A DNA stretch of 64,000 nt, taken from the IMG/VR virus record IMGVR_UViG_3300049645_000091; one strand, written 5' to 3'. The position numbers and the translations under genes were made by a program. This document shows, piece after piece, positions 31,717 through 37,696 of this stretch (position 1 is its first letter; the number at the start of each line of letters is the position of its first letter). Source of the stretch: a virus. The notes under the pieces are model-generated. The model worked only from the letters and a program-made list of their open reading frames with translations. It searched no databases and was not told the DNA's origin.

Positions 31717-31839
31717 TGGCAGATCTGGTGCACCAGACTTTACAGTTAAAACCTATCATGCTCAGTTTAGATCTAGCGTGTTTGGTCCTCCACGCAGTGC
31801 AACTACCGAACTATGCTCGCATAGATCTAACCGCTGCCA
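31717..31839 (-). ncRNA. Putative structured ncRNA
   Basis: Closing stem TGGCAG/CTGCCA with several internal hairpins; lies immediately upstream of a tRNA-like gene. Confidence 0.4.
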
Positions 31840-31910
31840 CCAATAACTACTACGACTTTCTAGAATAAATAACTGTCGCTCTATGATAATATAATAAAAA
31901 ATATAATTAT

Positions 31911-32025
31911 AATGATGCCTGGGTTAATGATACCCCTGGGGTAATGATGCACTCCTGGGTATATGATGCAGTTTGGCCCCCTGCCTCAATGATGCAAAAA
32001 TATGATGCCTGGTATTATGATGCAG
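31911..32025. repeat. Cluster of ATGATGC(CTGG) short direct repeats
   Basis: About 7 copies of ATGAT(G/A)C within ~115 bp of intergenic DNA. Confidence 0.7.
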
Positions 32026-32046
32026 AAATTTTGTGCCCGGAGGATT

Positions 32047-32406
32047 CTACTCCGGGAAAGTTTTGATTGATGCCTGGTCCTTTGACAGTCTCATGAACCC
32101 GGCTGCATCTATGGTGGCTTTGGCGCTCCGGCTCATACCTTCGATGGTATTTTCCAGCACCATCAAATTCTTGCGCGCCTCTTCTACAATTTCGTCCAAG
32201 AACTTGATGATATCGTCGTCATCGTCGGGAAGATACCCGGCCTGGATATCTGTAGACTGGAGCTTGTCAATCATGCTCTGAAGCTCAGCGATCTCTTCTC
32301 CTAAATAACCCATCATTCTGCCATTCTTTTCAACAAAGGCTTCATAGCCGCCGTTTATTACCATTGATACTAATTTTGCGTCCGTATTAATTCTTTCATC
32401 TGCCAT
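32047..32406 (-). CDS. Hypothetical coiled-coil protein
   Basis: ORF with a GGTGA RBS. Confidence 0.5.
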   Translation of the reverse strand: MADERINTDAKLVSMVINGGYEAFVEKNGRMMGYLGEEIAELQSMIDKLQSTDIQAGYLPDDDDDIIKFLDEIVEEARKNLMVLENTIEGMSRSAKATIDAAGFMRLSKDQASIKTFPE

Positions 32407-32749
32407 TTAAATCACCTTTCATGTATACATGCTTGAGCATGCTAACGGCGGGTCGCCAAACATTTTCTTATAACATGCGTGGCATATAAATATCTCTTCT
32501 TCAATATCCTCATCCTCCACCCATACTATGTCAGTTGACCCACATATTTCGCAAACTTCCATTGTAGCACGCCCATCTATTCGGCATTATTATGGGTCGT
32601 TGGTATAGTGGACATGCAGACACGACCCGCCATCTACATGCCTAACTTCGCGAAGCGGAAAGTTAGTTACCGGCCAACTTTCCAATAACCATAGGGGGCG
32701 TCGATCCCCCATCCCGTCCACCGTATGGTTCATAAATTACTGCGGCAAT

Positions 32750-33511
32750 TTACACCACCACATGACAGTCCTCACATTCTTGTTCGGCCCGGTTGTTGAT
32801 GCGTATCAATCCACCGCAAAATTCACATCTGGAATCATCATAGTAGTAATAGGTATTTTCGGGAGCTTCTTTGTCTTCCACTGTGACCAGAGTATCTACT
32901 TTGCAGCCCACTTTGGAGTGATGTTCTGTCGCGAATACATGTCGTGTATGGTCTGGATTCATCATCGACCCCACTTTGCAACCTTTTCCAAACCATTCTA
33001 GCAAATTGTTGATTTCAGGATCTATACTACCATCTTTCCTACACTTATATACTACATCTCCACTCGACCTTCGCATTTTGTTGCGTTTTCCACTCAAACA
33101 TCCACAACTTGTAGTGTGTCCACTTAAAAGGTTACTGCTTCTGACAACAACCTTTCGCCCACATTGACATTTACATGAATAGTATAGGTTGCCCTTTTTA
33201 TCTTTATGATCAAATTTTATTACTTCGAGTATTCCATATATGTTTCCAATTTCTATTTTAGGACGTTTATCTGATGCATATAACCATACTCGTTTCATTT
33301 CAGTGGAGCGATTTAAACACATTCTACGATTAGGATTATATCTACTATTTTCATAACATTTCCACTCATATTCACACCAGGGACACTCATTAATTAAAAT
33401 CGATTTGCTTCGTTCCTTGGGTAGCATTACATCTTCTATGAACTTATTCTTCAATGATTTTACCTTATTTAGTTCATCCCATGTACAATAATTTTCTTCC
33501 CATTTCACCAT
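32750..33511 (-). CDS. Homing-endonuclease-associated DNA-binding domain protein with C-terminal zinc ribbon
   Basis: YSCKCQCG...SSNLLSGHTTSCGC motif; C-terminal CEFCGG...CEDC. Confidence 0.55.
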   Translation of the reverse strand: MVKWEENYCTWDELNKVKSLKNKFIEDVMLPKERSKSILINECPWCEYEWKCYENSRYNPNRRMCLNRSTEMKRVWLYASDKRPKIEIGNIYGILEVIKFDHKDKKGNLYYSCKCQCGRKVVVRSSNLLSGHTTSCGCLSGKRNKMRRSSGDVVYKCRKDGSIDPEINNLLEWFGKGCKVGSMMNPDHTRHVFATEHHSKVGCKVDTLVTVEDKEAPENTYYYYDDSRCEFCGGLIRINNRAEQECEDCHVVV

Positions 33512-33673
33512 TTAATATCACAAAAAAAGTATTACAGGTTTATAATATATAAAGCTATGTTTTTAAAATAATCCTCTTTTTCGATGGTTGCGATAGATTT
33601 TTTTGGCCCGCCTAAAAAAAGTAAGTTGTTCATCTGTGAAGAGTGTTCCTGACTCACTAGCCAGGAACTCGTC

Positions 33674-33817
33674 GTGGCAATCTACATCTTATCTTTATGT
33701 AAATTGCTAGAGTCTCGCCTTTAGCAATTTGCTGTCATTAGATTAGATGTTTCCTGCTTCATCCCTCAGATTTTGTTTGCAAGTCCACAGGCCCTACGGA
33801 GCTGCCCGCCCCTGACT
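33674..33817 (-). ncRNA. Stand-alone guide unit: omegaRNA-like scaffold + anti-repeat + single CRISPR repeat
   Basis: Repeat 33674-33710 is identical to the array repeat; 33783-33817 is identical (35 bp) to 36319-36353; anti-repeat at ~33722-33750. Confidence 0.8.
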
Positions 33818-33851
33818 CCTCAGGCGGTATTATGATCATCGCTTCGCATCC

Positions 33852-34115
33852 TCATTCTTCCCAAGGAGGGAGATAGTCAATATTCCCATATTTAAGTGCA
33901 TCTATATATCCATTTTTATTTAAATATGAAAGATAAGAATTGTCTTCCTCCGGCCATTCGATGGTTGTTTTTCTTCCACAATATGGGCAGTACCGCATTT
34001 GTCCGGGCCGATATATTCCCACATATGTAATACTCATGGGTGTTGGTTCACGGTTTACAACTCCGTGCCGATCACACTTAGTGATTATATCGCTCATCGC
34101 ATCTCCTCCGCCCAA
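33852..34115 (-). CDS. Small zinc-ribbon protein
   Basis: CDRH...YCPYCG. Confidence 0.5.
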   Translation of the reverse strand: MGGGDAMSDIITKCDRHGVVNREPTPMSITYVGIYRPGQMRYCPYCGRKTTIEWPEEDNSYLSYLNKNGYIDALKYGNIDYLPPWEE

Positions 34116-34231
34116 ACTGCCGCGATGTATGCCGCCAACAAGTTCTTCAGCCGAGTAGCCTCATAAAATCTGTCTGTCATTTAATCCATCCTCATCCCGA
34201 TTTTTTCATTTTAATATATTCTTCTAATATT

Positions 34232-34768
34232 TTATCTTGGTCTAAACTTGTCTGCATTATTTTCTAGCCTGATGAAAATTAACTGCATTAGGCGGGAGTT
34301 TCTTCTTAAACGTATTCCATTGGGGTTGTGGACTACAAGTAAACTCTGACTGCGGCCCTCGTAGCCAGGTTCCCACACAGCAGTTTCCATAGTAGCGCCC
34401 ATTCGGAGCAAGGATGATCTTGGGCGGGCTATCGCCATAACATCAGGCGGAACTTCTATAACCTCGTTAAAGGTCACTAGGTAGGCTCCTGGGTCGAGCC
34501 ACAACCACCCGGCCCGCACTAGAGTTCGGTCGGGAAACACTAACTGACGAATGTCGGGGAGTTTCCTATCGTCATTGGAGAATGCAAGTTGGCCCGCTGA
34601 CAGAAACTCATGAATGGTTTTTAGCGTAAGCTCCACCCCGCACATCTGAATTTGTTTATCTTCACCAACCATATTTGATACCATGCTGTCCAAATTTTTA
34701 GTTATTACTGCCATCAATCTCGCTCCAAATATCCGTTGTTGATCAGCCATTGGATAGGCTCTTCCCAT
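34232..34768 (-). CDS. dut: dUTPase (archaeal dCTP-deaminase-like family)
   Basis: GVELTL...PGAYLVTFNE...RPRSSLLRMG...WEPGYEGR...QLIF. Confidence 0.85.
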   Translation of the reverse strand: MGRAYPMADQQRIFGARLMAVITKNLDSMVSNMVGEDKQIQMCGVELTLKTIHEFLSAGQLAFSNDDRKLPDIRQLVFPDRTLVRAGWLWLDPGAYLVTFNEVIEVPPDVMAIARPRSSLLRMGATMETAVWEPGYEGRSQSLLVVHNPNGIRLRRNSRLMQLIFIRLENNADKFRPR

Positions 34769-34909
34769 GCCTGTTCCTCGTTTTTGGTATAAAATGTTAA
34801 TACGTGGCCGCCTATTTCCAACCTAGTATAAATATATCGTTTATTTTGTTTTGAGTAAAACGCTATATTTTTCGATATATCTTTTTTGGCGTGCCCAAAT
34901 TCTCGTAGC

Positions 34910-35353
34910 TCATTCACATATCTGGACTTCATTATGTATCCTCTCCATCAACATCCCATAAATCAGGGCGGTATAACAGATAATATCTCCGCACTTTTCT
35001 ATTATAAACTCTTCGGTCAGGTTTTCATCGCGGCCATTCTGAAGATCATTTATCATCTTTTTTAGTGACATATCGTGTTTTAGGCGATATCGCCGGGCGA
35101 TCTCCTCAGGAATTACGCCTTCGACTTTGGCCGCTTCTCGAAACGCCTCAAATGCATCCCCATGCCCCGCATATTCAACATCTTTTCGCACCAAAGTATC
35201 AAAACAATCCTCAAATAATATCGCAACTTGTTTTTCAAACGCCGTATACGTTACGGCCTCTGTTTGAGTTTTTAGAACTTGCTCACACTCTTCTTCATAA
35301 TCTATATCTTTTTTATCAACATCTTCCGTCGAATTAATAACGTAGTGTAACAT
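34910..35353 (-). CDS. DUF1599 / nucleotide-modification-associated-domain-like protein
   Basis: RKDVEYAG..DAFEAF...K...DIICY pattern. Confidence 0.55.
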   Translation of the reverse strand: MLHYVINSTEDVDKKDIDYEEECEQVLKTQTEAVTYTAFEKQVAILFEDCFDTLVRKDVEYAGHGDAFEAFREAAKVEGVIPEEIARRYRLKHDMSLKKMINDLQNGRDENLTEEFIIEKCGDIICYTALIYGMLMERIHNEVQICE

Positions 35354-35356
35354 TTT

Positions 35357-36001
35357 TCACTCCTCGTATATGTGGGCGGAAACTGCGAATACTGTTAGCT
35401 CGCCCATTGGAACCCCAACTTGTTTTGCCACATATTCTATTAATTTGCTCAGTCCGTACAGGTTTTGTGGGGCGGCCCGCTTTACATCCCAAGACCGAAA
35501 TACAGCGGTTAGGTGGAGCTTTCCATCGCGAATGAGAAAGTTCACTAGCTGTAGGCATGGTATACTATCTTCATACATATCCAAATCTGGGTCATATGTA
35601 ATAGCAAATGCTCGTCTAGAAGTAGGTTCTGCGTTCAATTTCTTAATTATATATGCAATTTGACTACTCTCCCAGCTACAATATGGATAGTTAAACAATC
35701 TTTCTCCGTATGTGTACCTGAACCCATCGGGCATAGATGTGTTTGGTGATAGTATTTCTCTTGTTACATATTCATCGAGGGCGGGGAGTTTCCAGCCGGT
35801 GTTAGGGATGGGCCAATTTTGGGGATTACATGGATCAGTTATTGTGATCTGAATATTTCTCATTTCTTTTGTGGCATACCCATTCTCATCAATAACCCTA
35901 TCACCAGACTGTGCTATCATTCCTACTATGTATCGGTAGGCTAGTTCAGGCGTCTTAAAGCGTGTATTCATTATCACTCGTGACATCTCATCTTCCACCA
36001 T
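35357..36001 (-). CDS. thyA: Thymidylate synthase (archaeal type)
   Basis: YTYGERL, SRRA, catalytic PCL, FRSWD, QN, SAHIYE. Confidence 0.9.
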   Translation of the reverse strand: MVEDEMSRVIMNTRFKTPELAYRYIVGMIAQSGDRVIDENGYATKEMRNIQITITDPCNPQNWPIPNTGWKLPALDEYVTREILSPNTSMPDGFRYTYGERLFNYPYCSWESSQIAYIIKKLNAEPTSRRAFAITYDPDLDMYEDSIPCLQLVNFLIRDGKLHLTAVFRSWDVKRAAPQNLYGLSKLIEYVAKQVGVPMGELTVFAVSAHIYEE

Positions 36002-36002
36002 A

Positions 36003-36239
36003 TTATGTAAATTGCTAGGGATCTCAGCTCTATCCTTCTGTAGTGGCTGAGGTTCGTGGCAATCTACATCTTATCTTTATGTAAATTGCTAGAACTGGTA
36101 TAGTCCATAGTGATGATGTGCTCATGTAGTGGCAATCTACATCTTATCTTTATGTAAATTGCTAGCTCGTGTGCCTCGTGGCCCTCATCGCTTCCCATTG
36201 AAGTGGCAATCTACATCTTATCTTTATGTAAATTGCTAG
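36003..36239 (-). CRISPR. CRISPR mini-array: 3 full 37-bp repeats + 1 partial, 3 spacers (37, 36, 37 bp)
   Basis: GTGGCAATCTACATCTTATCTTTATGTAAATTGCTAG at 36056, 36129 and 36203; 16-bp partial copy at 36003-36018. Orientation inferred from the tnpB gene and scaffold. Confidence 0.95.
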
Positions 36240-36353
36240 GGTATCGCCCTTTGCAATCTGTAGCAATTTATCATTAGATTCGATGCTTCCTGCTTCATCC
36301 TTGGGCTGTTGCCCACATGTCCACAGGCCCTACGGAGCTGCCCGCCCCTGACT
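36240..36353 (-). ncRNA. tracrRNA-like scaffold derived from a TnpB omegaRNA
   Basis: Anti-repeat at 36261-36285; 5' part resembles the omegaRNA region of the IS at 43111-43200; duplicated at 33711-33817. Confidence 0.8.
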
Positions 36354-36375
36354 ACTTAAGTTATTGTGATGTATG

Positions 36376-36388
36376 CTTATATACCTTT
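36376..36388 (-). promoter_or_regulatory. Putative archaeal BRE/TATA promoter for the scaffold-array transcript
   Basis: AAAGGTATATAAG overlaps the tnpB stop codon, 22 nt upstream of the conserved scaffold start. Confidence 0.55.
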
Positions 36389-37657
36389 GGTATTTAGCTG
36401 TTCAATTCCAAGTGCTTTTATGTTTATGGCTGCGTTGATGTCGCGGTCATGGGCCGTGCCACATCGAGGGCAGGTCCACTCTCTCACATCAAGAGTCAAC
36501 TCATCCAGTTTGTAGCCACAACTATGACAGGTCTTGGATGACGGTTCCCATCGACCAATCTGGACCACGGTTTTGCCCGCCCAGTCCGCTTTGTACTTGA
36601 TCTGCCTCATAAATTCTGACCAGCCAGCATCTGATATCGACTTTGCTAGATGATGGTTTTTAACCATGCCTTTGATGTTCAAAGATTCCAAGACTATCGC
36701 GTCATGGTCATCGACCAACTGCCGAGATAGTTTGTGCTGGAAGTCAACTCGCTTGTTTGCTATTTTTTCATGGATTCTAGCAACTTTTATTCGTGCCTTA
36801 TCGCGATTCTTAGAACCTTTCTGTTTCCGGTCCATCCGTCGCTGAAGAACCTTAAGCCTGGTCTCGGATTCTCTAAGAGGCTGAAGTCCATCGATCTTCG
36901 TGCCGTCGGACGTACTGATGTAGGATTTTAGGCCCACGTCAACGCCTAATACTCGGTCGCGTGATATGGTTTTGGTTAATGGCGTGTCCATGCCATCGTC
37001 GATCTGGAAAGATATGTAGTACTTACCACTCTTGGTTTTCGATATGGTAGTAGTTCCTATCTTTCCATCTATTGATCGGTGGAGTCGAACCTCGACGTTC
37101 TTAAGACCGGGAACAGACACCAGGCCCGTTCGGGTATCCAGCCGGACATTTTCACCCTGGAACTGGATCGATTGATGATCGCGCCGCGTCTTGTGTTTGG
37201 GGTAGCCACGACGCGCACCGTTCTTATCTGCCTTAAAGAAATTCTTGAAAGCCGTCCCGAGGTTTCGCAGGCTGTACCTGAGAATCTTATCAGGGACGTC
37301 GTGAAGCCAGGGCTGAACGTCCTTGAGTCCGGGTTCGTGTTGTAGGCCACATGGCAACCGTCCGGCTTTGCGCCTGGCGGCTGGTGTTAGGAGAAGACTG
37401 CATTTAGTGGCATCTATATTGAACAACTCAAGAGACGTGTCCTTGCAACCATGAAACTTCATAGTAAGGGCATCTTCATAGTTCATTGTATCTATGTTTC
37501 CGCCCCAACTACATTTCATCATTTCAATATGATTGTAGTTATCCTTGATGTTTTTGAGCGCCCAATTCCAAACGTACCTGCTGGCCCCAAAACAGCGCGA
37601 TAAATATTGCTGTTGGTCCGCTGTTGGATAGATCCTGAATTTATACGCTCTCAACAT
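36377..37657 (-). CDS. CRISPR-associated TnpB-like / miniature type V effector
   Basis: RAYKFRIYPT N-terminus, intact RuvC (GVDVG, LESL, DRDINAA), CHSC/CPRC zinc finger, ~50-aa insertion; adjacent to the scaffold and array. Confidence 0.88.
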   Translation of the reverse strand: MLRAYKFRIYPTADQQQYLSRCFGASRYVWNWALKNIKDNYNHIEMMKCSWGGNIDTMNYEDALTMKFHGCKDTSLELFNIDATKCSLLLTPAARRKAGRLPCGLQHEPGLKDVQPWLHDVPDKILRYSLRNLGTAFKNFFKADKNGARRGYPKHKTRRDHQSIQFQGENVRLDTRTGLVSVPGLKNVEVRLHRSIDGKIGTTTISKTKSGKYYISFQIDDGMDTPLTKTISRDRVLGVDVGLKSYISTSDGTKIDGLQPLRESETRLKVLQRRMDRKQKGSKNRDKARIKVARIHEKIANKRVDFQHKLSRQLVDDHDAIVLESLNIKGMVKNHHLAKSISDAGWSEFMRQIKYKADWAGKTVVQIGRWEPSSKTCHSCGYKLDELTLDVREWTCPRCGTAHDRDINAAINIKALGIEQLNTKGI

Positions 37658-37696
37658 AGAGAGTCTATATGCGTTATGAATATAAAAAGGTGGCGG

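Noticed and set aside
31911..32025. CRISPR array
   Set aside because: Repeats are only 7-12 bp with short irregular gaps.
35357..36001. dCMP hydroxymethylase / DNA hypermodification
   Set aside because: The RSWD...QN motif keeps the Asn associated with dUMP specificity and the protein looks like an ordinary archaeal ThyA; no supporting kinase was seen.
36377..37657. Ordinary IS605 insertion that happens to lie next to an array
   Set aside because: No IS end hairpins; the scaffold is detached from the ORF, carries an anti-repeat, and is duplicated together with the repeat at 33.7 kb.
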